Shown piece after piece: positions 44,123 to 53,514 of a stretch of 64,000 nt of DNA. The first letter of the stretch is position 1, and each line of letters begins with the position of its first letter. The translations under genes were made by a program, and so were the position numbers. The DNA is taken from NCBI GenBank assembly GCA_963796685.1, contig CAWCMR010000022.1, forward strand, positions 64,001 to 128,000. Direction: 5' to 3'. The stretch comes from an uncultured delta proteobacterium (GTDB lineage Bacteria; Myxococcota_A; Polyangia; Fen-1088). The notes beneath the pieces were generated by a model. The model searched no databases. It saw nothing but the letters and a program-made list of their open reading frames with translations, and was not told the DNA's origin.

Positions 44123-45508
44123 ATGCGCGGCGCTCGATTCCGCCTTGCCGGTCTGATCGCGGTCTTTGTCGCCGCCTTGCAATCCTCTGCCGAGGCTCGG
44201 CTTGTCGTGGATCGCGTCGTTGTCCGGGGTGCGACCAATGTCACGACACGGGTATTGACGGCGCGCATGCACCTCTACTCGGGCGATACCGTGGATTACG
44301 CGGTGCTCAGTGCGGCGCAGCAGCGTTTGATTGAAAGCGATCTGTTCAGCAAGGTGCGCGTGTTTATCGAGCTCTCCACATCCGAGGCGGTGCGGCGGAT
44401 GTACCTTGACGACACCGACTACCCGGTCGAAGTCGTGGTGGAGGCCACTGGCAAACAGCCTTGGTTCATCTTCCCCACCGCCAGTTTCGGCAGTGGAGAC
44501 TGGGCCGGTGGCGTCGCCTATGCGAACCAGAATTTGCTCGGCCGCGACGTACAGCTCATTGGCGCCGGGCAGATCGGGCAGTCTCGCAGCTACGCCTTCG
44601 TGGGGTACCGCGACCCGCTTGTCGTGGGCGCCCCGCTTACCTACGCGGTGAGCGCACTCTACCGGCGAGAGCAGATCCGCTTGTTCGCAAACCACGCCAT
44701 GGTCATGCAGGTGCCGACCATCGTGGCCGGCGGCGACGGTCAAATCGGCTGGGTGCTCACGCCACACACCCGCGCGTCTCTTGGCGTGTCTGCCCGCTAC
44801 CAGACCGTGAAACCCGCCCAAGGTCTTGCGCCTGACGCGATTCCGCTGCCTTACAATTCCCGGGGCGGTCGCATTTTCCTTTTGCAGTTCCAGTTCCAAT
44901 ACGACGACACGCGCGCCGAGGAGGGACTGCGGCAAGGGATTCTGCTCTTCCTCAAGAACGAGGTCTCCGACCGCTATTGGCTTTCGGATTTCGACTACTC
45001 CAAGTTCGAGACGCGGGCGGAGCTATACGGCCACTACTGGTGGAACTATCCGTCGCTCATTTTGAAGATGGTTCTCGACTACCCCACCTCGGACCGCGGG
45101 GTTCCCGTCACGGAAGAGCTCCGCATCGGCGGGCAGGAACTGCGTGGCTATCTTACCAATGAGTTCCACGGCGACACGCTCTTCAGCGCGCAAATCGAGG
45201 ACCAGGCGGTCCTCATGCGCTTGCGGGTCCCCTGGACGCGAACGCGGTTCAATGTCGCCGCGGCGATCTTCGTCGACGCGGCGACTCTTCTCGATCGTCA
45301 CCCAGGCGGCACCACGGTTCCACCGCCCGACAGCTTGCCTTCCCCGGTACGCTCCAAGCTCGACGATATTCACGCGAGCTTCGGCGGCGGTGTGCGGTTC
45401 ATTCTACCCGGCGTGGTGGTCCCGGCCCTCAAGATTGACGTCGGTTACGGCATCGACGTCCGCGATGTGGCCGTCACGGTTTCGATCGCTGGCGGCGGGA
45501 TCATGTAG
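44123..45508 (+). CDS. Omp85/BamA-TamA family outer membrane protein (one POTRA plus barrel)
   Basis: Signal peptide; VVVRGATNVT, QRLIESDLFSKV, NQNLLGR, IGGQELRGY..EFHGD, SFGGGVRF, KIDVGYG. Confidence 0.85.
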   Translation: MRGARFRLAGLIAVFVAALQSSAEARLVVDRVVVRGATNVTTRVLTARMHLYSGDTVDYAVLSAAQQRLIESDLFSKVRVFIELSTSEAVRRMYLDDTDYPVEVVVEATGKQPWFIFPTASFGSGDWAGGVAYANQNLLGRDVQLIGAGQIGQSRSYAFVGYRDPLVVGAPLTYAVSALYRREQIRLFANHAMVMQVPTIVAGGDGQIGWVLTPHTRASLGVSARYQTVKPAQGLAPDAIPLPYNSRGGRIFLLQFQFQYDDTRAEEGLRQGILLFLKNEVSDRYWLSDFDYSKFETRAELYGHYWWNYPSLILKMVLDYPTSDRGVPVTEELRIGGQELRGYLTNEFHGDTLFSAQIEDQAVLMRLRVPWTRTRFNVAAAIFVDAATLLDRHPGGTTVPPPDSLPSPVRSKLDDIHASFGGGVRFILPGVVVPALKIDVGYGIDVRDVAVTVSIAGGGIM

Positions 45509-45515
45509 GCGCCGG

Positions 45516-45779
45516 TCAAGTTGATACTGTATCGGTCGCCTCCGTCCCGCGCGAATCGGGGCTCTTGCCATTGCGGTGCAACTTCGCGCGCAGATCGTGG
45601 CGGAGCTCGCTTCCGACTTTTGGCGCCAAAAGCAACGCTACGCCGGCACCGACCAGCAGCCCGATGCCGAAGGTGCCGAGCGTCCCGAGCAACTGATTGG
45701 TAAAGGACCGCTTGGTCTCGAGGCCAAGAATGCCGAGATAGTCGTCTTTGTCCATGTTCCTGATGTCCTGCAATTTCAT
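45516..45779 (-). CDS. YtxH domain protein
   Basis: FGIGLLVGAGVALLLAPKVGSELRHDL. Confidence 0.85.
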   Translation of the reverse strand: MKLQDIRNMDKDDYLGILGLETKRSFTNQLLGTLGTFGIGLLVGAGVALLLAPKVGSELRHDLRAKLHRNGKSPDSRGTEATDTVST

Positions 45780-45979
45780 TGGTCATTCTCCTGGTTGGGT
45801 TTCGACTTCGATCCGGTGAGAGTTTGCGCTATCTCTCTTTGAAAGGTTGGCAGCGCCGCCATCAGGCCAATGCGCAACCCGGTCCCTAGAATCTTCCCCG
45901 CGAGCCGGGTGAAAAGCCCGCCGCCCAGGACGAAGCTATCCATGCGTTGTCTCCTTGTGGTCAGGGTCCTCGTGCTCAT
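45776..45979 (-). CDS. Small hypothetical membrane-associated protein
   Basis: ATGA overlaps on both sides; FVLGGGLFTRLAGKIL. Confidence 0.65.
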   Translation of the reverse strand: MSTRTLTTRRQRMDSFVLGGGLFTRLAGKILGTGLRIGLMAALPTFQREIAQTLTGSKSKPNQENDQ

Positions 45980-46185
45980 CGTTGCCCAAGAAAGAGGCCG
46001 AGGCCAAAGGCAAGGGCGACCGCCATGCCAGGCTTGCGGCGCACCCACCGTCGCCAGTCCAGGCTGCGCGTCACCTCGGCCTCCAACGCGCCCATCGAAA
46101 CGACAAACTGCTCGCGCGAATGCTCGAGTTGCATGCTTGCGTGCGCGAGCGCGGAATCCGCTTCCGTCGCGGTGCTAATGGACAC
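45976..46185 (-). CDS. Small tail-anchored protein (DUF3618/ElaB-like)
   Basis: LEHSREQF..LDWRRWVRRKPGMAVALAFGLGLFLG. Confidence 0.7.
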   Translation of the reverse strand: MSISTATEADSALAHASMQLEHSREQFVVSMGALEAEVTRSLDWRRWVRRKPGMAVALAFGLGLFLGQR

Positions 46186-46600
46186 GGGAGTTTCCCGGAG
46201 ACGACGCGACGTCGGGAGCAGTCGCTTTGTCCAGTGCTGCCAGGCTGCTGCTCATGGCGGCGGCGGAGCTGTCCATGAGGCGCCCACCGCGCGAACGGAG
46301 TGGCGAGAAGAGGAGGCCCACGCCGGCACCGGCGATGTGGACGAGCCCGATGACCACGAGAGGAAGACCGACTGCGGGGTGGCCGCCGAGCAGGACCGCC
46401 AACCCGGCCATTGCCAATCCATATCCAAGAGCAACCAGTGTGGCCAGCACCGCGATAAGGCTGGCACGTCGACCCATCCCGTGCATTTCCGCTTTGAGCT
46501 CGAGCTGGGCGACCTTCACGTGTTGCCCGAGTAGGTGGCCAAATCCCAGCACTGCCTCCTTGGCCAGCACCGACACGCCTGGGTTTGACGTCGTCTTCAT
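46175..46600 (-). CDS. Phage-holin-family (holin-X/YqjE-like) membrane protein
   Basis: LLGQHVKVAQLELKAE followed by two TM helices; ATGA overlap. Confidence 0.75.
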   Translation of the reverse strand: MKTTSNPGVSVLAKEAVLGFGHLLGQHVKVAQLELKAEMHGMGRRASLIAVLATLVALGYGLAMAGLAVLLGGHPAVGLPLVVIGLVHIAGAGVGLLFSPLRSRGGRLMDSSAAAMSSSLAALDKATAPDVASSPGNSRVH

Positions 46601-47799
46601 GTGCGGGTGACTCCTGGCGAGCTCGACGCCTCCGAGGCGTGCTTTTGGCCGTGCAACACGGCATCGATAGCGACCTCGCTGCCGGTTTCGGCCGCCTTGG
46701 CCAACGCCTTGTGGTCCGTGAGCACGCGGTCTGACAGATATCCCCGCAGCCAGTGGCGCTCGACGATGGGGTAGGCGGCCACCAGGGGCAGCACCAAGAC
46801 GGCCCCGATGATTCCTTGCAACCGCCCCCCGACGAGTAGGGCAAGAAGTACCGACAGGCTGGAGATCTTGAGCTTGTTGCCATAGATGCGCGGTAACAGA
46901 AAGTAGGTCTCGAAGAGGTGATAGGCCACGTATGCGGCCAGCACTGCCACCGCGGCACCCGGCGACACCGCGAGCGCCAATAGAATGGCTGGAACCGTGG
47001 CCAGCAGAATGCCCAACACCGGGATGATGTCGCAGAATCCGGCAACCACGGCCAAGGGTGCAGCGGCCGGGACCCGCAGAATGGTCAAGAGAACGGCGGT
47101 AAAAATCGCAAAGAGCAGCGCGGCGAGAAGCTGGCCGCTGACATAGGCGTGCACCACGTCGGATACCTCGTGCATGGTGGTGGCCAACCTTTCGCGATAG
47201 GTGCGCGGTATGAAGGCCAGTATCCAAGCGTAAAGACTTTTGCCGTGGAGCAACAGATAGAGGGTGAGAACGAGAATGACTACGGTCACTACGACACCTG
47301 AGGCGGCGCTCTGGCCCCAGGCAAACCATCGACTGAAGGCACCCGCTGCCATGGAGGAGGATGCTGATTCGAAAAGCTCTCGAATAATCTTGTGGATCCC
47401 CGGATAGCGCAACGGGATTCTGCTCAGGACGCGTGCGCGGAATTCAGGAAGATTTTCCAGTAGATGGGTCAGCTGTCCGGTAAGCGGCGGCATGACGAAC
47501 ATGACGAAGACCGCCAAAAGTACAATGGCAAGGGCCGCAATAATAGCGACGCTCAATGCTCGACGGAGCCGCCTTTGCTCCATCCACCGGACGGCCGGAG
47601 ACAGCGTGACTGCAAACAGAACCGAGATGAGGAACAACAAGAACTCGGGCCACAAGAGGTAGGTCGCCCACAGGCCAAGGCCGCTTCCGATGAGCTTGAA
47701 GACCGTGGCCATCGGGATGCGAAGGTCTCGCGTGCGTCGGGTCTGAGGCGCCTTGATCTCGGTCGTGGTGTTCCATTCACCTTGCACGGGGACCCCCAT
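46597..47799 (-). CDS. AI-2E family transporter
   Basis: LSPAVRWMEQ, AYVSGQL, DIIPVLG, ETYFLLPRIYG, GGRLQGIIGAVLVLP; start uncertain. Confidence 0.9.
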   Translation of the reverse strand: MGVPVQGEWNTTTEIKAPQTRRTRDLRIPMATVFKLIGSGLGLWATYLLWPEFLLFLISVLFAVTLSPAVRWMEQRRLRRALSVAIIAALAIVLLAVFVMFVMPPLTGQLTHLLENLPEFRARVLSRIPLRYPGIHKIIRELFESASSSMAAGAFSRWFAWGQSAASGVVVTVVILVLTLYLLLHGKSLYAWILAFIPRTYRERLATTMHEVSDVVHAYVSGQLLAALLFAIFTAVLLTILRVPAAAPLAVVAGFCDIIPVLGILLATVPAILLALAVSPGAAVAVLAAYVAYHLFETYFLLPRIYGNKLKISSLSVLLALLVGGRLQGIIGAVLVLPLVAAYPIVERHWLRGYLSDRVLTDHKALAKAAETGSEVAIDAVLHGQKHASEASSSPGVTRT

Positions 47800-47918
47800 C
47801 TTTTGCCGCGAATGCCAATGGTCCAACTCTTGTCCAAAGCGACTGGGAGGTCAGGTGTGAGGGAGCACCCCCGACCTCCACGAGTCCTAGGCTAGATAGT
47901 TTAGGCAAACCAAGCTCC

Positions 47919-48836
47919 TCAGCGCACGCTGAGATGCGAAGGCTGAATGATGATCTCGACACGGCGGTTGTTGGCGCGGTTCTCGGCGTTGCTATTGTCG
48001 ACGAGTGGATGGCTCGAGCCCATTCCGACAGCGCTAATCTTGGCGCTGTCCACGCCACGCGATACCAGGTAGTTGCGCACGGCGTCTGCCCGGTTCAGCG
48101 AGAGCGGTTGATTGATCCTGTCCGAACCCTGGCTGTCGGTGTAGCCCTCGACGATCATCCGCTTGTCGGAATTCTGTGCCTTGAGTGCCTCGGCCACTTG
48201 ATCGAGCTTGGTCATCGCAGTGTCGAGCAGAGCATACTTGTTCGAAGCGAAGAGAATGCTGCCGGAAAGGGTGATGACCAGCCCTCGGGAGTCTTCTTTG
48301 ATCGCGGCAATGGCGGCCAGATCCTTCATCGCACCAGCCAGCTTGCTTTCGGCCGCCACACGCGCTTGCGTCTCGGCTGCCAATTGGTCGGTGGTCTTTT
48401 CAATCTCCGCCGTCTTCGCGTTGCTGTCCCGCTGCTCTTCTTTGAGCTGCTCGCGCGTCGACGAGAGCGCCGCTCGGGTACTCTTCACCTGGTTGTCACG
48501 AGCCGTCACGCCGGCCTTCACCGCTTCGGCGATCTTCTGGCGGTCGAGCTCCGTGCGAGCCTTCGCGTCTGCCAGTTCTACCTTGTTCTGCGCGATGTAC
48601 GCGTAATCACGGCACATAACAGTGTCGCCGTGCTCGTCGAACTCCTTGTTCGCCTTGGCCAGGACTATCCAAGCATCGTGCAACTCGGTGGGGGTCAGCT
48701 TCGCCGCCAACCCGGTGTTCGCCGCCGTAAACGAAGTGCGCGCCTGAACCAATTCGGGGGGCGCAGTGGTGGCACATCCGCTAATCAATCCTGCGAGTGC
48801 GATGCTCGCCAACAAATTGGTCTTTGTGATCTTCAT
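47919..48836 (-). CDS. OmpA family lipoprotein with DUF4398-like N-terminus and coiled coil
   Basis: Lipobox ISGC; RGLVITLSGSILF, VEGYTDSQGS, RADAVRNYL, RANNRRVEII. Confidence 0.9.
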   Translation of the reverse strand: MKITKTNLLASIALAGLISGCATTAPPELVQARTSFTAANTGLAAKLTPTELHDAWIVLAKANKEFDEHGDTVMCRDYAYIAQNKVELADAKARTELDRQKIAEAVKAGVTARDNQVKSTRAALSSTREQLKEEQRDSNAKTAEIEKTTDQLAAETQARVAAESKLAGAMKDLAAIAAIKEDSRGLVITLSGSILFASNKYALLDTAMTKLDQVAEALKAQNSDKRMIVEGYTDSQGSDRINQPLSLNRADAVRNYLVSRGVDSAKISAVGMGSSHPLVDNSNAENRANNRRVEIIIQPSHLSVR

Positions 48837-48870
48837 GGTGAAATCCTTTGTAAGAGTGGTGGATGGAAAA

Positions 48871-49221
48871 CTAGTTGGTTCCGCGTGAGCGAACGGCCTT
48901 CAGATCTTCGGTCGCCCTGAGGGCGTCCTGGTGTACCGAGACTTCGCGGGCAAGCCCGATGGCCAGCTCGGCATCCGAATCGGCACGAGCAAGCACCAGT
49001 ACAGCCCGCGTTTCTCCGGCAGCGGCCATCTTCTTGGCCGTGTCGGTCTGGTCTTTGGCCAGTTGCAGATGCAGTTTGGCGGCGGGCACGCCGCTCGCAC
49101 CCACTTCTTCGGCGCCGCGGATGCTCGCCTCCGAATTTGCGAGTTGATCGGGAGAAAGCTGCACCGTGGCGCAACCTGCCAGGCCTAGAACGGCTAGCAA
49201 CATCATCAATCTTTTCATCAT
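48871..49221 (-). CDS. DUF4398 lipoprotein
   Basis: LAGC; ASIRGAEEVGA..PAAKLHLQLAKDQ..RADSDAELA. Confidence 0.85.
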   Translation of the reverse strand: MMKRLMMLLAVLGLAGCATVQLSPDQLANSEASIRGAEEVGASGVPAAKLHLQLAKDQTDTAKKMAAAGETRAVLVLARADSDAELAIGLAREVSVHQDALRATEDLKAVRSRGTN

Positions 49222-49273
49222 GGACAGTTCCTTTGCGTAGAGGTTGTTGGGTTACAAGAGACTTTGGATTCGG

Positions 49274-50572
49274 CTACAACGGACACCCACTGCCCGGCAC
49301 GGAAACCACGTTCGAGTCGAATACGAAGGCCCCGGCACCCCCTACCCACGCCCCTGCCATCGAGCGGCCGCACGCCGTAGACCCGGTCTTCATCGTGATA
49401 TCGAAGCCCGCCAGCACGTTGCCTTGGAACTCGGTGTACGAGCCAAGTGTTGCCGAGCTCGCCACTTGCCACCAGACATTGGACGCCTTGGTCCCGTTGG
49501 TCAGCAAAATGCGAGCATGGGCTCCTGGGCTGGGGGCGCCGTCGGCCGTCGTAAGGGAGCTGGCCGATTGGAAGACGAAGACGGCGTTTGCGTCGCCTTG
49601 GCCGTCGAGCGTGACATCTCCGGCGAGCAAGAGTGACGTGGTCGAGGTGTAGACGCCAGGCGTGAACCAGTTGTCACCGAGCACGAGGGGACTTCCAGCC
49701 ACGTTCCCCAAGGTCGTGGGCGCTGCGATGGGCGTACCCCCACCCAAGGAACCAACTGCCGGTGGTCCGGCCAAGGGTGTGATGGCGAGAAACGCCGCGT
49801 TCAAGTCGGCCTTGATGGCGCTTGCCGTGGTCGTGTCCGGATACGTGTTGGTAATGACCGTTCCGCTGATCGTCGGAGGCATGCCACCGCAAAGGCCGAA
49901 GCCGCCGGCGTTGTCGACCGTCACGGCGTTGCACGTTCGATCCGGCGTGAGCACCACGTCACCATTGATGTGGGTGATCGGCGACGTGATGGTGTTGGTA
50001 ATACCCGCCGTGGCCGCAATCGCAAACGGCTCGGCCTTTCCAAGGTTTACGACGATGGCAGGCCCTGACGCGGAGCCATCGATGTTCTCGAAATCCGTGG
50101 TCTCCGCGTCGATGAGGGCCGCGTCGAGCTTTTCGGTGTCGATGCCGGGCACGTCGGCGGCATGAGCGTCCAGGATTGGAACATTGCTCTCGGGAACGTC
50201 GAGGACCGAAACGTCGGGGACAAGGACATCGCCGATAGGCGCGTCGGAGACAGCGACGTCGAAACTGCCGGTGTCGGGAGTGCCGGCTTCTGCGATGGGT
50301 GTATCGGCAGTGCCGCTGTCGACCTTCGCCGCGTCGGCGACGTCCGTCTTGAGCTCCACGGTGTCGGCATTTGCGCCATCCGCGTTTGCGCTGTCGGGGT
50401 TCGCCAGGTCGAGATTTCCGGCGTCGGGGATCGCCCTATCGCCGCTGACGGCATCGGCCTTTCCGGCGTCTGGCTGGGCTGCATCGGTGGGAGGAAACTC
50501 GACGAGCTGTCCTCCGCAGGCGGGCAAAAGGATCAAGGACAAAAACAGCGCGTGGTGTTGGAGGGTCTTCAT
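49274..50572 (-). CDS. Ice-binding family (DUF3494) lipoprotein with Asp-rich spacer
   Basis: LPAC lipobox; VNLGKAEPFAI, TPGVY, VTLDGQGDANAVFVFQ, ASNVWWQVASSATLG..FQGNVLA..ITMKTG. Confidence 0.88.
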   Translation of the reverse strand: MKTLQHHALFLSLILLPACGGQLVEFPPTDAAQPDAGKADAVSGDRAIPDAGNLDLANPDSANADGANADTVELKTDVADAAKVDSGTADTPIAEAGTPDTGSFDVAVSDAPIGDVLVPDVSVLDVPESNVPILDAHAADVPGIDTEKLDAALIDAETTDFENIDGSASGPAIVVNLGKAEPFAIAATAGITNTITSPITHINGDVVLTPDRTCNAVTVDNAGGFGLCGGMPPTISGTVITNTYPDTTTASAIKADLNAAFLAITPLAGPPAVGSLGGGTPIAAPTTLGNVAGSPLVLGDNWFTPGVYTSTTSLLLAGDVTLDGQGDANAVFVFQSASSLTTADGAPSPGAHARILLTNGTKASNVWWQVASSATLGSYTEFQGNVLAGFDITMKTGSTACGRSMAGAWVGGAGAFVFDSNVVSVPGSGCPL

Positions 50573-50573
50573 A

Positions 50574-51746
50574 TTACTTGCTCCCGTCATTGAGGATCGT
50601 GAAGTAGACGACGAACTCGACACGGCGGTTGTTTTCACGGCCGGCGATGGTTTCGTTGGTATCGATCGGAACGGATGAGCCGAAGCCTTTCGAGGCCAGG
50701 CGTTCCTTGTCGATACCGTGCGATACCAGATAGTTCAGCACCGCCTCGGCCCGCTGCTCGGAAAGGGTCTGATTACGCTCGTCCCCACCTTCCGACGAGG
50801 AATGCCCCTCGACCTGAACGCGAAAACCCTTGTTGTCATTCAAAGCCTGCACGACTTCATCCAGAACCGGGAACGAGACTTCCTGAAGAACGGCCTGGTT
50901 CCAGGCGAAGTAGAGCTTCTCGTTCAGCTCGAGCTTGTCCTTCTTGATGACGAGCTTCTTGTACGTGGGGCAGCCCCAGTTGTCCATCGGCCCGACCACG
51001 TCGGGGCAGTGGTCTACATTATCGGGGATGCCATCGTGGTCCCGGTCCGGGCAAACGAAAAGCTTCTTCTCGACGCTTCGAGCTTCGGGAGGGGCGGCAA
51101 TGGGGGCTCGACGTTCCGAGCCCATGGCAACCTCGAGGCTTACGCCCAGGCTCAAGAGCTTGGCGTCGTTGTTGTCGTACCCGCGACGCTCTTGCTGCAT
51201 GATTTGAAAGTAGCGCGCGAACGGACCGACCCAGAAGAGACGCGACCTGCCGATCGGCACCGATAAACCGACAGCTGCCGCGAAACCTGGCCGGTTGAGG
51301 TGTCCGGTGCGAACGTAGAGAAGGTCCGCGTCCGCCCAGGGCAAGACCCCGAGAAATAGATCGCTCGCGGTTCGCGGGGGGCGGACACGTAGGCTTCCGC
51401 CGAAGGTCCATGCCGTTCCACCTTCTGCACCGGCTGTTTCGTTGGGCAGCGCCAGAAAGGTTGCGCTGGGCCCGATGTCCACGAGCTGGTTGACGACCCA
51501 CAGCGCCTTGATGGTTTCACCGCCGCCGGTCTTGAAAATGCGAGACTGCGGGTTCGTGAGCGGCAAAGCAACACCAGGCTCGAGCTTCAAGGCAAAGTCC
51601 CCGACCTGGGCCGGCACGGGGGCCTCGTCGGAGGTATCGCCTTCGTCCGCCTGTGCCAAGTGGTCGAATAGCAGCAGGACAGCAGCAGTCAGGGCTATCG
51701 TCGTCGAGTACGCGTATCGGACTCTCGTGTGCATTGGTGTCTCCAT
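50574..51746 (-). CDS. OmpA family outer membrane protein with thrombospondin type 3 repeat
   Basis: Signal peptide, barrel-like N-terminus, DRDHDGIPDNVDHCP, VEGH, RAEAVLNYL, ENNRRVEF. Confidence 0.9.
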   Translation of the reverse strand: METPMHTRVRYAYSTTIALTAAVLLLFDHLAQADEGDTSDEAPVPAQVGDFALKLEPGVALPLTNPQSRIFKTGGGETIKALWVVNQLVDIGPSATFLALPNETAGAEGGTAWTFGGSLRVRPPRTASDLFLGVLPWADADLLYVRTGHLNRPGFAAAVGLSVPIGRSRLFWVGPFARYFQIMQQERRGYDNNDAKLLSLGVSLEVAMGSERRAPIAAPPEARSVEKKLFVCPDRDHDGIPDNVDHCPDVVGPMDNWGCPTYKKLVIKKDKLELNEKLYFAWNQAVLQEVSFPVLDEVVQALNDNKGFRVQVEGHSSSEGGDERNQTLSEQRAEAVLNYLVSHGIDKERLASKGFGSSVPIDTNETIAGRENNRRVEFVVYFTILNDGSK

Positions 51747-51768
51747 GTTGATCTTTGCTGGCGGCTAA

Positions 51769-51884
51769 AGCAGCAATCGGGCCACTGCCCTGACGCTCAT
51801 GACTTCAGGTACTTGCACCGAGGCGAGTTGTGAAGACGAAGGCCATCCCAATCAAGATGACGTGGACCATCGTTCAAAATGAGT
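51769..51884 (-). promoter_or_regulatory. Sigma54 promoter P3 with IHF-like box and enhancer pair
   Basis: TGGCCCGATTGCTGCT (51784-51769); TTCAGGTACTTG 51804; CAATCAAGATGACG 51849; CGTTCAAAATGAGT 51871. Confidence 0.8.
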
Positions 51885-51950
51885 CGGTCGAGGGATTGTG
51901 GCCAGCAGAGTGGCCTTGGCGTCAAACATCTCCCGAGCCGGACATACGGG

Positions 51951-53360
51951 TCAGTAAGCGTTCTGACGCTTCTTGGCGCCAAAGATGGTCAGGAAGATAA
52001 TCTTCAGGTCCAGAAGCAGATTCCAATCGCGGATGTACTCCATGTCGTGGCGAACCCGTTCTTCCATCTTCTCTAGCTCGGCGGTTTCGCCCCGCCATCC
52101 GTTCACCTGCGCCCAACCTGTAATTCCCGGTTTGACCATGTGGCGAAGCATGTATCCGTGAATGATGGCCCGGTATCGCTCATTATGTGCGACCGCATGC
52201 GGCCGTGGTCCGACGAGAGAAAGCTCACCGGTCAGCACCTGTAGGAACTGCGGGAATTCGTCGAGGGACGTGCGTCGCAGGAACTTGCCCAGCTTCGTCA
52301 CACGTACATCGTCCTTGGTGGCCTGGACCACGTCTAGCCCATCCTCGCAGACTGTCATGGTTCGGAACTTGAGTATGCGAATCCGCTTACCGCACAGGCC
52401 ATAGCGCCACTGCCGGAAGAAGATTGGCCCCGGCGACTTGAGCTTGATGGCAAGTGCGATGAAGAGCATTGGGATGGACGTGAGACAAACGATAATACTG
52501 CCAAGCGTTAGGTCCTCGATGCGTTTGATCCAACCGACGACGCCTTGGAAGGGAGAATCGTGTAGGCTGACAATGGGGATGCCACCCACCTGGCCCCATT
52601 GTGCACGCAGGAGGGAGAAATAGAGCATGTCGGCCACAAGGTACACGGTGACGGTCGTGTCGGCCAAAGCCGCTAGAATCACCGCGGTGCGCTCTTCGGC
52701 GCGAAGCGGAAGCGCAACGTAGACCGCGTCGAGCTTACCTTGATGGCATGCCTGGACAAGATCCTCGGATTTGCCGACCACAGAACAATGCGGGTGGGAG
52801 CTGACATGTCGCCTGTCCTTCGACCGGTCGTCATAAACGCCCAAGAGTTTGAGCCCTAGCCAGGGCATGGCCTCGAAGGATTCAGCCAAGCGCTCGGCAT
52901 CCTTCGTACAGCCCAAAATGGCTACCCTGTGAATGTTGCGGCCTTGAAGTCGCACGATGCGCAGGACGATACGAACGCCCACCCGCACGAGGCAGAGGGT
53001 GAGCGGTGCGAACAGGAACCACGCGAAGGAGGCAACACGAGAGTAGTGCGAGGCGGTCTTGGTGAAGAACCAGAAGGCAAATAGGACGGTTGGCACCGCC
53101 AGCCAAGCGAGTAGGGCGTCCTTGGACTCGCGCAGGATGGTTCCGGTGCGCCAGGGCCGGTAGAGGCCACTCATTTCCGCCGCGAAGCCGAATACCAGCA
53201 GGGCGATGACGGTGATGGTCGTGGTCTGGTCGCTCCAGGGCTCGGGGTAGATGGCGTGGGCCACGGCCTGCGCGCCAACGATGACGACAAGGTCCACGAG
53301 TCGCTGAAGCATGCACACCCAGGATTCATTTCTGCGCAGAGGCCCATCTATTTCAGTCAT
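51951..53360 (-). CDS. wcaJ: Undecaprenyl-phosphate glucose phosphotransferase (WcaJ-like)
   Basis: N-terminal TMs; KRIEDL, SPGPIFFRQ, KFRTM, LRRTSLDEFPQ, SLVGPRPHAVAHN, VKPGITGWAQVNGWRGET, NAY end. Confidence 0.93.
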   Translation of the reverse strand: MTEIDGPLRRNESWVCMLQRLVDLVVIVGAQAVAHAIYPEPWSDQTTTITVIALLVFGFAAEMSGLYRPWRTGTILRESKDALLAWLAVPTVLFAFWFFTKTASHYSRVASFAWFLFAPLTLCLVRVGVRIVLRIVRLQGRNIHRVAILGCTKDAERLAESFEAMPWLGLKLLGVYDDRSKDRRHVSSHPHCSVVGKSEDLVQACHQGKLDAVYVALPLRAEERTAVILAALADTTVTVYLVADMLYFSLLRAQWGQVGGIPIVSLHDSPFQGVVGWIKRIEDLTLGSIIVCLTSIPMLFIALAIKLKSPGPIFFRQWRYGLCGKRIRILKFRTMTVCEDGLDVVQATKDDVRVTKLGKFLRRTSLDEFPQFLQVLTGELSLVGPRPHAVAHNERYRAIIHGYMLRHMVKPGITGWAQVNGWRGETAELEKMEERVRHDMEYIRDWNLLLDLKIIFLTIFGAKKRQNAY

Positions 53361-53376
53361 GTTAGGCCGGGTCTAA

Positions 53377-53491
53377 AGCAGCATTCGAGCCATAGGCCGG
53401 AAGAAGGTAAGTTCAAGCGCTTGGCGCGTGGAAGACCCTCGGGAATGGCTTGACGCAATCAAAACGAAGCGAAGCGCCCATCATTGCGAGC
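53377..53491 (-). promoter_or_regulatory. Sigma54 promoter P4 with IHF-like box and enhancer pair
   Basis: TGGCTCGAATGCTGCT (53392-53377); TTCAAGCGCTTG 53412; CAATCAAAACGAAG 53456; CCATCATTGCGAGC 53478. Confidence 0.8.
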
Positions 53492-53514
53492 GAGCTGTCC
53501 TGGCTGCGATGGCG

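Noticed and set aside
46175-46600. Holin as evidence of a prophage
   Set aside because: This holin-like family is common in stress operons; no phage structural or integrase genes are present
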